Positions 1-9,294 of a stretch of 64,000 bases of DNA are shown here, piece by piece. The translations under genes and the position numbers were made by a program. This DNA comes from Clostridia bacterium (lineage in GTDB: Bacteria; Bacillota; Clostridia; TANB77; CAG-465). The notes beneath the pieces were generated by a model. That model saw only the letters and a list, made by a program, of their open reading frames with translations, was not told the DNA's origin and ran no database searches. The stretch lies in contig JAQUWH010000005.1 of assembly GCA_028692955.1 (NCBI GenBank), forward strand, positions 4,615 to 68,614, in the 5' to 3' direction. Position 1 is the stretch's first letter, and each line of letters starts with the position of its first letter.

Positions 1-484
1 AATCACCCATTTCCCCATCGATTTCAGCTTTTGGTACAAGAGCCGCAACAGAATCGATCGCAATAATATCCACTGCTCCACTTCTAATTAATTGTTCTGC
101 AATTTCTAAAGCCTGTTCGCCAGTATCAGGTTGAGAAACAATTAGGTTATCTACATCTACTCCTAAATTTCTTGCATAAACAGGATCTAATGCATGCTCT
201 GCATCAATAAAGGCTGCGATACCTCCTAGTTTTTGTGCTTCTGCAATAGCATGTAATGCAACAGTTGTCTTACCTGAAGATTCAGGTCCAAACACTTCTA
301 TCACTCTTCCTCTTGGGAATCCACCAATTCCAAGTGCAATATCTAAACTTAACGCTCCACTAGGGATGGAATCTACATTTACATTACCAATTTCCCCTAG
401 TTTCATAACAGAACCTTTTCCAAAATTCTTTTCTATTTGTGCCATAGCTATATCTAAGGCTTTTTTTCTTTCTTCTGATATCAT
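1..484 (-). CDS. recA: Recombinase RecA, N-terminal ~161 codons (rest of gene lies outside the window)
   Basis: Hand translation of the minus strand from ATG at 484-482 gives [30 protein letters not shown]...[10 protein letters not shown] (Walker A)...[10 protein letters not shown]...[21 protein letters not shown]. It is open to the window edge, so it is absent from the ORF track. Confidence 0.95.
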   Translation of the reverse strand, partial: MISEERKKALDIAMAQIEKNFGKGSVMKLGEIGNVNVDSIPSGALSLDIALGIGGFPRGRVIEVFGPESSGKTTVALHAIAEAQKLGGIAAFIDAEHALDPVYARNLGVDVDNLIVSQPDTGEQALEIAEQLIRSGAVDIIAIDSVAALVPKAEIDGEMGD

Positions 485-605
485 AATACCCTCCTAAAAA
501 CATATCAAACATTCGTTCATATGTATTGTACTATAGAAATATTCTTCTGTCAAGCCTTTTCATGACATATTTTTAAATATTTTTAATTTGCAATATTATG
601 TACAT

Positions 606-2213
606 TTATATTTCATCTTCAGATGCTTCTTTAATCTTTTCTTTTATCATATTATTCATAGATATCACTTTAAAATCTGGTCTAGCAAAGTAATATCCTT
701 GCACATATCTAACACCAATACGCTTTGCAAATTCTAAAATTTCTTTATTTTCTACACCAACGAGTATCAGTTCACATTCTTTTGCAGTAGAAAAAGTTAA
801 TAAATCTGATAAAAATCTCTGTTTATCTTCGTCTTCTAAGATGCCTCTTACCATTGAGATATCTGGTACAATATAGTCTATATTTAACATATTAATATCA
901 TCTAAATTTAAGGTACTAATACCAAAATTATCCAAGGCCACAAATCCACCATTTTTATGAATCATCCCAATAATATCCTGTAATTTATTGAAGTCTTTTC
1001 TTTCATAATTTTGAAATTCAACGATTACTTTATTTCTTCTCATCATATCATAAATTCTTGGTTTATTGATATAATTATCATAACTATATAAATCAACATT
1101 TACGATGATTTTATTTGCCTCTTTAACGGTTAACGCTTCAAAATCTTCTATACCATTAATGAGCAATATTTGTTGTAATTTATCATGTTTTTTAACATCT
1201 TTAGAATATTCAAAAAATTCCATGATATCTATTTTCTTTTTACTTTCTATTTTAGTAAATACCTCATAAGCCCAAACGCTTTGTAATTTTAAGTCTACAA
1301 TAGGCTGATACAAAGTTTTAATTGCTCTTCTAGTCAATACAGAATCCAGTAGTGTCTCAAGTTCATTGACAGAAGCACGAGCCTTCTCTCTATCACCTGA
1401 AATAGCATCTGCTTCTTCTGGTTTTGCCTCTTTTTCTTGTTTATACGAGAAGTAGTTATTGACAAATTCCATGTATTTATTTTTTACAATTTTAAATTTA
1501 CTGTAGACTTCTAAACATTTTGCTTTTGCATCCGCATCTTTTACATCTAATAATAAATAAAATAGTTCTTTATTATTGTTTAATTCTGAAGCTAAAAATT
1601 TCATATTATCATTTGTTATCTCACCTTCATTTAAAAATCTATCATGATATTTAATTAAAGTCAGTATAATTCTTTTTTCATCCTCTGAAAAATAAAATCT
1701 GTTTAGTATGGGTATAGCTAGTTCAACAGATTTATCATCATGTCCAGCAAAACTTTCAGTTCCATCCTCTGCAATTGTTTTTACATATGGTTTTCCTATA
1801 TCATGTAACAACATTGTCCATTTTAATATTCTCTTTTGCCAATCTCCTATTGGTATTTGTGGATTTCCTACAAATTCAATGGCAGCTAGTGTATGTTTAA
1901 AAGTACCATATTTATGATATGTTGAGTTTTGTTGACAGTTAATCATATTCTCTCCATGTGAATTTACTTCATAAAATTCTGGAAATTGAGAAGCAAATAT
2001 TTGGTCCTGACTAACTTTTGTCATGATAAAAGAAACATTATCATCAAACAAGATATTGGTATATACTTTTGTTAATTCAGTTGGATTATTATGATACATT
2101 TTTAGTTTTGAAATAATACCATTTAATTTTGCTACTTCTTTAATATCCATGATATCATTTGATATTTCTTCTGGTTCAATATACGTATCAAAAATCTCGC
2201 CATATTCGTCCAT
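606..2213 (-). CDS. HD-domain plus EAL-type (c-di-GMP phosphodiesterase-like) domain protein
   Basis: 535-aa ORF. HD motifs are LLHDIGKP and GHDDKS. The C-terminal half has EAL-domain landmarks YQPIVDL, ALDNFG, GVENKE and QGYYFARP, but the signature triplet reads EVF instead of EAL. Confidence 0.7.
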   Translation of the reverse strand: MDEYGEIFDTYIEPEEISNDIMDIKEVAKLNGIISKLKMYHNNPTELTKVYTNILFDDNVSFIMTKVSQDQIFASQFPEFYEVNSHGENMINCQQNSTYHKYGTFKHTLAAIEFVGNPQIPIGDWQKRILKWTMLLHDIGKPYVKTIAEDGTESFAGHDDKSVELAIPILNRFYFSEDEKRIILTLIKYHDRFLNEGEITNDNMKFLASELNNNKELFYLLLDVKDADAKAKCLEVYSKFKIVKNKYMEFVNNYFSYKQEKEAKPEEADAISGDREKARASVNELETLLDSVLTRRAIKTLYQPIVDLKLQSVWAYEVFTKIESKKKIDIMEFFEYSKDVKKHDKLQQILLINGIEDFEALTVKEANKIIVNVDLYSYDNYINKPRIYDMMRRNKVIVEFQNYERKDFNKLQDIIGMIHKNGGFVALDNFGISTLNLDDINMLNIDYIVPDISMVRGILEDEDKQRFLSDLLTFSTAKECELILVGVENKEILEFAKRIGVRYVQGYYFARPDFKVISMNNMIKEKIKEASEDEI

Positions 2214-2401
2214 TTTATAACCTCTTTTCTATGTTAATAAAGTTTATTTATTTCATTATTATACTATTATATATTACTATAAATACTGCTTTTTTGCAAG
2301 AGTTTTAAAAGCAAATTAAGTATTTACATTTTATTTCATAAATCGCCTATTATCTCTATTATACGATTTTGTTAATTTTTAAAGTTTTTTACCCGTTATT
2401 G

Positions 2402-2430
2402 TTGACATTTTGCCTTTTTAAAGGTATAAT
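2402..2430 (+). promoter_or_regulatory. Sigma-A type promoter for rplM-rpsI
   Basis: TTGACA (2402-2407), a 17-nt spacer, then TATAAT (2425-2430), about 80 nt upstream of the rplM ATG. Confidence 0.75.
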
Positions 2431-2448
2431 ATTTAAGTATCGAATAAA

Positions 2449-2486
2449 AAGTCAGCTAAACCCCGGAAGGTTTGACTTGTTTTATT
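2449..2486 (+). promoter_or_regulatory. Leader stem-loop with U-tract upstream of rplM (possible r-protein L13-type autoregulatory leader or attenuator)
   Basis: AAGTC..AAACC (loop ccggaa) GGTTT GACTT, followed by GTTTTATT, lying between the promoter and the rplM SD. Confidence 0.35.
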
Positions 2487-2509
2487 ATGTATTAGGAGGA
2501 AATTAAAAA

Positions 2510-2944
2510 ATGAATAATACTACACATAGTGTAAAAGCTAAAGAAATTGAAAAAAAATGGTATGTGATAGATGCAGCGAATAGACCTCTTGGTAGAGTTG
2601 CTAGCGAAATCGCTAAATTATTAAAAGGAAAACACAAACCAACTTATTCTACACATTTAGATTGTGGTGATAATGTTATCGTAATAAATTCTGATAAAAT
2701 TGTTTTAACAGGAAACAAATTAAACCAAAAAGTTTATAGAACTCATTCTGGTTATATAGGTGGATTGAAAGAGACTCCTTACAAAGATTTAATGGCTAAT
2801 AGCTCAGATAAAGCTTTGTTACTTGCAGTAAAAGGAATGTTACCTGGTAATTCATTAGGTAGACAATTACTTACAAATGTAAGAGTATTTAAAGGTAGTG
2901 AACATACTCATGATGCACAAAAACCTTTAAATTGGGAATTTTAG
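2510..2944 (+). CDS. rplM: 50S ribosomal protein L13
   Basis: 144-aa ORF with WYVIDA..RPLGRVAS.IA..L.GKHKP.Y, typical of L13. GGAGG SD upstream. Confidence 0.95.
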   Translation: MNNTTHSVKAKEIEKKWYVIDAANRPLGRVASEIAKLLKGKHKPTYSTHLDCGDNVIVINSDKIVLTGNKLNQKVYRTHSGYIGGLKETPYKDLMANSSDKALLLAVKGMLPGNSLGRQLLTNVRVFKGSEHTHDAQKPLNWEF

Positions 2945-2959
2945 GAGGGAGTTTGAAAA

Positions 2960-3355
2960 ATGGCAAAGAAAGAATATATTTATGCAACAGGAAAAAGAAA
3001 ATCTTCAATTGCAAGAGTTAACATCATTCCTGGAACTGGTAAAATAACAATCAATAAAAAAGATATGAATGAAACATATACGTTAGATACTTTAAAAGCT
3101 ATCGTATTAAAACCTTTTACAGCAACTAATCTAATGGAAAAATATGATGTTGTTGCTACCGTAAATGGCGGTGGATTCGTTGGGCAAGCAGGGGCTATAG
3201 CTCATGGTATTGCAAAAGCACTTGCTACTACAGATCCAGATGTTCATACAACTTTAAAAAGAAATGGTCTTTTAACTAGAGATTCTAGAGTAAAAGAAAG
3301 AAGAAAATACGGTCTTAAGAAAGCAAGAAAAGCACCACAATTTTCAAAGAGATAG
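2960..3355 (+). CDS. rpsI: 30S ribosomal protein S9
   Basis: 131-aa ORF with GKRK.S.ARV at the N-terminus and the C-terminal [24 protein letters not shown] signature. It sits directly downstream of rplM. Confidence 0.95.
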   Translation: MAKKEYIYATGKRKSSIARVNIIPGTGKITINKKDMNETYTLDTLKAIVLKPFTATNLMEKYDVVATVNGGGFVGQAGAIAHGIAKALATTDPDVHTTLKRNGLLTRDSRVKERRKYGLKKARKAPQFSKR

Positions 3356-3366
3356 ACAATATATAC

Positions 3367-3406
3367 AAAATCCTGCAACCACAACGGTTTGCAGGATTTT
3401 GCTTTT
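3367..3406 (+). terminator. Intrinsic terminator of rplM-rpsI
   Basis: AAAATCCTGCAA / TTGCAGGATTTT 12-bp stem followed by GCTTTT. Confidence 0.85.
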
Positions 3407-3452
3407 ATAAGCTATCATTTTTATAAAAACGATAAAATAAAATTGTAATTTG

Positions 3453-4163
3453 TTATTTACAAAAGGCATCAATATTATCTTTATCATATTTTTGATTTTT
3501 AATCACTTTAAATGTTTCGTTATCTTTGTCAACATTATGCCTTACAACATCATAAAATGGTGTATCGTAGTACATAACATTTTCTCCTGAAATTTTTACT
3601 AATGCAAATCTTGGTGCTTGATGCATGTTAACAACTCCTATATAATCTATCAAGATTAGCAATAATACAAACATTATAAAATATCCAAAATTACAAATTA
3701 ACCTTTTTATATAAGTTAATTTCTTCGTGAATTTACTAATACCTATTAAAGATACCATTACACCAAATATAGAATAAATCGATCCCCAGCTACTTTCACT
3801 AGGAAATATTGCAACAGCAGTAATTGAAATTAACACACCAAATATGATTAATATTAAACCAATAAAATTATTTCTGTTTTCAATTTTTTTATTAGTATAA
3901 TCTATTGTATTAATTATATTTTCCTCCAGCTTATATTGATATTCTTTTTCTTTTACTTTTTCACCACTCATTAAGTCATTAAGTGTTATTTCCAATTCAG
4001 CACATAAAAGTTTAAATAATGATAAGTCAGGCATATTTCTTCCATTTTCCCAATTTCCTACCGTACGATCTGATACACCTAATTTTTCTGCTAATTCTCG
4101 TTGCGTCATATTTTTTTCTTTTCTGCACTCGGCAATAAACCTTCCAATTTTTTCTTGATTCAT
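3453..4163 (-). CDS. XRE-family HTH regulator with C-terminal transmembrane region
   Basis: The N-terminus MTQRELAEKLGVSDRTVGNWENGRNMPD is a classic Cro/C1 HTH. At least three hydrophobic helices follow. Confidence 0.7.
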   Translation of the reverse strand: MNQEKIGRFIAECRKEKNMTQRELAEKLGVSDRTVGNWENGRNMPDLSLFKLLCAELEITLNDLMSGEKVKEKEYQYKLEENIINTIDYTNKKIENRNNFIGLILIIFGVLISITAVAIFPSESSWGSIYSIFGVMVSLIGISKFTKKLTYIKRLICNFGYFIMFVLLLILIDYIGVVNMHQAPRFALVKISGENVMYYDTPFYDVVRHNVDKDNETFKVIKNQKYDKDNIDAFCK

Positions 4164-4287
4164 ATTTTTCCTCCTTTCACTTTAATATTATATAAAAAAT
4201 TTGTTCATTTTAACAGGAAATATCTCAAGGGTTAGCGTGAAATTGCAATCCATAAACTAGTATATCCTTTGTCTTTCATTTTTTTAA

Positions 4288-4392
4288 GTTGCTTATTTAA
4301 TTTCTACCTACGAAATCATAAAAGAATTAAGGCCAAACCAAAAGGAATGAGTCCTGTAACTTACAGAATTCATTCCTTATTAAATGTACTGG
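4288..4392 (+). pseudogene. Remnant of the C-terminal end of an IS3-family transposase/integrase
   Basis: Two adjacent frames read ..YLISTYEIIKELRPNQKE* and KGMSPVTYRIHSL. Joined, they resemble the conserved IS3 C-terminus (YYN..RIK.KL..mSPveYR). No start codon, catalytic core or inverted repeats are present. Confidence 0.4.
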
Positions 4393-4426
4393 TGCATGTT
4401 TCACACTTTTAAGATATGTGGTGCTA

Positions 4427-4681
4427 TTAATTATACTCCATAGCATTTCCTCTTGTTTTATTCAATCTACTCCTTCTAATCTGTATAGACCGCACTGAAC
4501 GTCCAATTTTGCTGGATAACTCTGTATCTGGGATTGAATGTTCTAGCACTTTTTGCTCTTCTTCTGCAGTCCATCTCCGTGCTGCATAAATTGCAGTTTT
4601 TCCATAATACCTATTCTTTTGAGCATTCCGAGTCTCACGAAATCTGTCCATATCTGCGTAGTGATTTTTTCTGTTTGGCAA
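4427..4681 (-). CDS. Small SANT/Myb-like DNA-binding domain protein (hypothetical)
   Basis: 84-aa basic ORF. RRWTAEEEQKVLE...IGRSVRSIQIRRSRL resembles a Myb/SANT helix-turn-helix repeat. Confidence 0.4.
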   Translation of the reverse strand: MPNRKNHYADMDRFRETRNAQKNRYYGKTAIYAARRWTAEEEQKVLEHSIPDTELSSKIGRSVRSIQIRRSRLNKTRGNAMEYN

Positions 4682-4785
4682 TTTTCTTCCCCCTAAACAA
4701 ATTTTTGTTGATAAGCTACTATAGACATTTGCATTCCTATTATACTATTTATTTTATGTAAAGTCAAGAAAAATTCATTTTGCTT

Positions 4786-4813
4786 CAATAAAAAAGCACT
4801 ATAAACTTAGTGC
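4786..4813 (-). terminator. Intrinsic terminator downstream of the ywbE-like gene
   Basis: Minus strand GCACTA-agttta-TAGTGC followed by TTTTTTATTG. Confidence 0.55.
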
Positions 4814-4841
4814 CTCTACTATATACAAAGATTTCTGATAC

Positions 4842-5036
4842 TTATCCTATTATTTCTTGCACCCTACCAACTATACCAGACTCTAATCTAACTTTAATTC
4901 CTCGGGGATGAATGTTACTGTTTGTTAAAATATCTTTTACAATTCCTTCTGTTAGCTGTCCCGTTCTTTGATGTGGTTTTTGTACTATCATCACTTTTGT
5001 ACCAGCCTTAATATTGTTTCTAATTGTTACATCCAT
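4842..5036 (-). CDS. YwbE family protein (DUF2196)
   Basis: 64 aa. G.KV.IV.K..QRTGQLTEGIVKDILT.S..HPRGIKVRLE.G.VGRV matches my memory of the YwbE family. Confidence 0.7.
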   Translation of the reverse strand: MDVTIRNNIKAGTKVMIVQKPHQRTGQLTEGIVKDILTNSNIHPRGIKVRLESGIVGRVQEIIG

Positions 5037-5312
5037 TTATTATCACCTCATTTATTCTATCAAATTTTATACCATTAGTAAAATTATTTATTTTTACTGA
5101 ACAAAAGAGTGCCTTTTACTAATATACAAAATGCACTCTTTATACAATTTTAAATTTTATGAATCACTTCTTCAGGAAGATAAAATTCATAAATACTCCT
5201 TAATTTAATTTGTAATATTTTTATCTGAATTTACCGATAATATAAAGAATTAACATTGATATCATTATATAACGCATTACATAAAAAATCCAATTATTTG
5301 GAGTAGATTCCT

Positions 5313-5555
5313 TTATACTTTCTTTATTTCCTGTAGCTCAAATCTATATTTCTGTGAAATATGAGGATACTTTTCTTTGTCCACGAGAGAACAAAACATA
5401 TCATATGGTCTAATATATACTTCATTATTACCATATAATTGTCTATATACCACATATTTTTCTAATGTTTCACTATGCAACGCGATATCTTCCACAAGAT
5501 AATAATTACCTTTAAAATGTTTATAGATACCTTTTATTTTTACTTCCATATTCAT
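5313..5555 (-). CDS. DUF1653 domain protein
   Basis: 80 aa. YKHFKGN.Y.V...A.HSET.E..VVYR.LYG....Y.RP..MF fits the pattern of DUF1653. Confidence 0.65.
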   Translation of the reverse strand: MNMEVKIKGIYKHFKGNYYLVEDIALHSETLEKYVVYRQLYGNNEVYIRPYDMFCSLVDKEKYPHISQKYRFELQEIKKV

Positions 5556-6185
5556 TTAGCCCTCCACTTTTTTATATTTTTTATCGCTATTTTGATAGGT
5601 CTTAAATTGTACTATAGCTCCTATAACAGACATAACAAGTATTGCAATAAAGTATATGTAATTGTGTTCTCCTTTTAATAAATAGAACATTTGATTAAAC
5701 ATAACATAGCTTCCTGTAACAGATGTTGTGATAATTGTAATAATGTACATATATTTAATAGCAAGAATTCCAACCAATATAGCAAGTACTAACCCAATTA
5801 AAGCACCTGCCGCCTCTGGTAAAAAAATACAAAGTAATCTACTTAACAAAATATATGAAGAAAAGAAGTTAATAAAAAACACTTGTAATTTGTATAACGG
5901 TTTTGATAGTACTACAGTTAGTATTGCAAGCAAAATTCCTGCTATAATAGCTACTGTTATACTAATTTGTGGAATGAAAATTGGTAATGAACATCCTAAA
6001 ATAAAACCAATAATTGCAAAACAAACTCCTACCCAGAATTTGTGAAACTTATATCCTAGAAAACATGTGACGATAGAAAAAGCTAAAAAGATATATGGCA
6101 TTAAGCCAGCAATAAAGTGTGACAGATTCATATATTCTACTGGTATATATGCTTCTATTTTTTGTATTAAATTGACAATTTCCAT
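5556..6185 (-). CDS. Polytopic membrane protein, unknown function
   Basis: 209-aa ORF with about 6 hydrophobic helices. Its stop abuts the start of the downstream DUF1653 gene. Confidence 0.6.
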   Translation of the reverse strand: MEIVNLIQKIEAYIPVEYMNLSHFIAGLMPYIFLAFSIVTCFLGYKFHKFWVGVCFAIIGFILGCSLPIFIPQISITVAIIAGILLAILTVVLSKPLYKLQVFFINFFSSYILLSRLLCIFLPEAAGALIGLVLAILVGILAIKYMYIITIITTSVTGSYVMFNQMFYLLKGEHNYIYFIAILVMSVIGAIVQFKTYQNSDKKYKKVEG

Positions 6186-6451
6186 AATGGTTCCTCCTAT
6201 TACTTTAATCCATATTTAGCAAGCGTCATGAATAAATTGGCATTCGTAAGCTTTTCACTCATTAATTTCCTAAATTGATATGATTTAGTCTTGTCCTAAC
6301 TTCGGAGCTTTTCTAAATCTCGTGATAATAATCTCCTTCGTTTACGATATAGCTACTTTCTATCCTAACACCAGGTTATTTATTTTTTGTTAATCTTTTC
6401 AAAACAATTCACTTTACAAAATTATATCACAAGAGAAAAAAATTGTATACA

Positions 6452-6769
6452 TTAACGATTCATATTATTAAATAATTCATCTATTAATATACTTATTTTT
6501 CTCACCTCCACACTGTTAATGCCTTTTTCATCTATGGAAATATATAATTTTCTACGAAGTACTTCATAATCTCCCATCGTATAATATAGTTCTCTTACTT
6601 TTACATTTAAAACTCTAGCAATCAATTCTAATTCCACATAACTAACACTTTCAATATAGTTATTTTCAAGTTCAAATAAAAACTTTTCATTTAGTCCAGT
6701 CATCTTGCTTAATCTATTTAAACTTAATCTAGCATCCATTCTTTTTTCTTTCATTACAAACATCAACAT
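6452..6769 (-). CDS. Small HTH (XRE-like) protein
   Basis: The motif LSLNRLSKMTGLNEKFLFELENN is HTH-like. The true start is probably the internal MKEKR. Confidence 0.5.
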   Translation of the reverse strand: MLMFVMKEKRMDARLSLNRLSKMTGLNEKFLFELENNYIESVSYVELELIARVLNVKVRELYYTMGDYEVLRRKLYISIDEKGINSVEVRKISILIDELFNNMNR

Positions 6770-6866
6770 AAAATCACCCCTATCATACTATACAGTATTC
6801 AATGTTAATTAACCGTAAAAATAAATCAAAATATTAAAGTTAATTTTAATATTTTGATTTATTTTT

Positions 6867-7556
6867 CTATTCTATTAATTCAAGAGCATCTTTTTGTGAT
6901 AAGCCTTCAATTCCTTGTATGTCATAATATGCTTCTGGTATATCACCTACAATGACAGTTTCTGCTACTACAATGTCATTGATATACTTTTGTGTATCAG
7001 AATAAATAGGAGATATCGTTCTTACATAAGAGCAGACCTCTATGATGATACTATGCCTCGTTTGATTAATTCCAGCCGATTCAAAACTTGATTTAAACTT
7101 TGCTTCCACCTCTCCCACTGGCAAAATCTTAATGCTTATTTTTGGTCCATAACCTCCTAGTAGATTACTCCCAATAATACTTCCAAGAGGTAGTAATATT
7201 TCACTTTCAATATGATTACTTAATTCATCTTGAACTTGCTTTGCAACTAATGTAGATATGCGATTCATTTCCATTACATTGGCCGATAATGATGTTACCC
7301 TATTTCTAGAATCTTTTTCAATGTTGATTAAGTTATCATACTTAACATCTTTTATATAATTATATACAGCCTTGTTAGTAGACTTAAGGGCAATTGATTT
7401 AATATGTGAATTACAAAGGGAAATTAAAGTCGGTTGTATTCTATTGATAAATAAAGAAGTAAGCATTATTACAAAAAAAACTAGTATTAGAAAAAAGACA
7501 AATGGCTTTTTAAAGCGCATTTGTCTTAATGTTAATTTATAATATTTCCATCTCAT
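6867..7556 (-). CDS. yunB: Sporulation protein YunB
   Basis: 229 aa with an N-terminal TM. LPLGSIIGSNLLGGYGPKISIKILPVGE aligns by eye with B. subtilis YunB IPLGQVTGNSLLGNLGPKIPVRF. Confidence 0.65.
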   Translation of the reverse strand: MRWKYYKLTLRQMRFKKPFVFFLILVFFVIMLTSLFINRIQPTLISLCNSHIKSIALKSTNKAVYNYIKDVKYDNLINIEKDSRNRVTSLSANVMEMNRISTLVAKQVQDELSNHIESEILLPLGSIIGSNLLGGYGPKISIKILPVGEVEAKFKSSFESAGINQTRHSIIIEVCSYVRTISPIYSDTQKYINDIVVAETVIVGDIPEAYYDIQGIEGLSQKDALELIE

Positions 7557-7560
7557 AGAA

Positions 7561-9096
7561 TTACCTAATAATCAGTATCTTTTGACCAACAGAAATAGAA
7601 TTTGGATTTTGTATATCATTTGTTTTGACTAATTTATCTATACTAGTTTTGTATTTTTTTGCTATATTCCACAAAGTATCTCCTGCTTTTACGACATAGA
7701 TATTAATACTATCCAAATCAGAAATATCTAATATATTATCTTCAATCCCATTAATAGAACTTAGATTTGTCATATCTTCTATATTAGTATAAATTTGTAG
7801 CGTAATCTTTACTTCTATATCCGTTCCATTTTGTGTTACCTCAATCGTATCTCCTGTAATTTCTACATAAGCATTAGAAATTTCTGATATACCATCCACA
7901 TCATATTTTTGATTAATCAATACATCAATTACTTTATTTTCAAGTTCCATTGTTTCTCTATCTTGTAGTAACAATGATACTTTAGCATTTCCTTCTAATT
8001 CTACCATATTGTTTACTATTTTTGGTGTAATATAACTGGTATCTAAACTATAATCTAGTAAGTTTGCATTGGCTGGCAATATATTAGTTATCGTTTCCTT
8101 AATATCAATATGGTTATCAAAAGTAACAGTTTTAGATACTGCTTCTACTGCTTCTTCTTCATAAGTTAACTCTCTATTTTGGCAATAAAAATCTTCGACA
8201 TATTCTACTTCATCTTCTTCATACATAGTAACATCAACATTAATCTGAAATTGTACGCTTAAAGTTTTTGTAGTGGTAATATCTGGATTTAATTTGATAT
8301 TAAAATCTTGCATCATATATTTAATATCAAATTTTGACTTATCACTAATATTTCCTAGTTCTACCATAGCAGAAAAAGGTACAAGAGTAATAACGCGCTT
8401 AACATCTTCTGCAGCATTTTCGGCAAGATAGATGATTTTTACCTCTATATCACCTTTTACCATAATTTTATTATAACTTTCTTTAAATTCAGTATTTTTT
8501 ATTTTAGTTTCAACTTTTAATATTTCAAAAAAATCTTCTGCTTCTTTTGGTAACATGACATCTTCTCTAGAAGCAATCACACTTGATTTGTTTTGCATGA
8601 TATTATTAAAAGTTTTATTACACATTTTGCATTCAATTGGCATATCGCAGTCAAAGTTTTTGATGACATCCACATCAACAACTTCTCTTACTCTCATTTT
8701 GAACATAATCTCACTTTTAATGGCGATTTTTCTTTCATTTGGCAAAGAAAAAATAACATTTCTACACCTTGGTTCTACCATCATATTCATTCCACTTTTA
8801 GCATTCTCTACAGTAAGAATTTCAGAATACGGATAGGACATAAATAAACCTCTATTAGCATAATTTCCATCATTTACTCTATAGATTACAAAATAATTAA
8901 GATTGCCAATTACCTTTACCTTACCATCCATTACCTCACAATCCGTAATATATGGTGTAACTATCACATTGACAATTTTGACAGCATCTGGTTTAGAATC
9001 CGGTACTATAATGTCTTGTTCGATCCAATCACTTATATTCTCATTCATAGAGCATTTATTTAAACTTAAACTCTTTTTTTGCATATTGACTAACAT
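7561..9096 (-). CDS. DUF3794(SPOCS)-repeat protein with C-terminal LysM domain (spore coat/cortex associated, SafA-like)
   Basis: The C-terminus YVVKAGDTLWNIAKKYKTSIDKLVKTNDIQNPNSISVGQKILI is a canonical LysM. It sits next to yunB. Confidence 0.6.
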   Translation of the reverse strand: MLVNMQKKSLSLNKCSMNENISDWIEQDIIVPDSKPDAVKIVNVIVTPYITDCEVMDGKVKVIGNLNYFVIYRVNDGNYANRGLFMSYPYSEILTVENAKSGMNMMVEPRCRNVIFSLPNERKIAIKSEIMFKMRVREVVDVDVIKNFDCDMPIECKMCNKTFNNIMQNKSSVIASREDVMLPKEAEDFFEILKVETKIKNTEFKESYNKIMVKGDIEVKIIYLAENAAEDVKRVITLVPFSAMVELGNISDKSKFDIKYMMQDFNIKLNPDITTTKTLSVQFQINVDVTMYEEDEVEYVEDFYCQNRELTYEEEAVEAVSKTVTFDNHIDIKETITNILPANANLLDYSLDTSYITPKIVNNMVELEGNAKVSLLLQDRETMELENKVIDVLINQKYDVDGISEISNAYVEITGDTIEVTQNGTDIEVKITLQIYTNIEDMTNLSSINGIEDNILDISDLDSINIYVVKAGDTLWNIAKKYKTSIDKLVKTNDIQNPNSISVGQKILIIR

Positions 9097-9294
9097 ATTT
9101 TTATCCCCCTTAAAACTACTACTACACTATATGTTAGAAAATGATATTTATGCAATTAATTTTTTAAAATAAGTAACTTTAATCTTTGTACATCATATTA
9201 TATATTAGTTGAATAAAATGTTATTCAACATTAGATAATTTATCTTTAAATGAAATAAAACTATATATAATCTCCTTAATTCCCATATATATTA

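Noticed and set aside
6186-6451. Long (266-nt) upstream region of the 209-aa membrane protein gene, with a short direct repeat GTTAGGA[TC]A on the minus strand. I considered a riboswitch or a pseudogene remnant.
   Set aside because: I could not match it to any riboswitch consensus I know. Translated fragments are short and unrecognisable. An Infernal scan would be needed.
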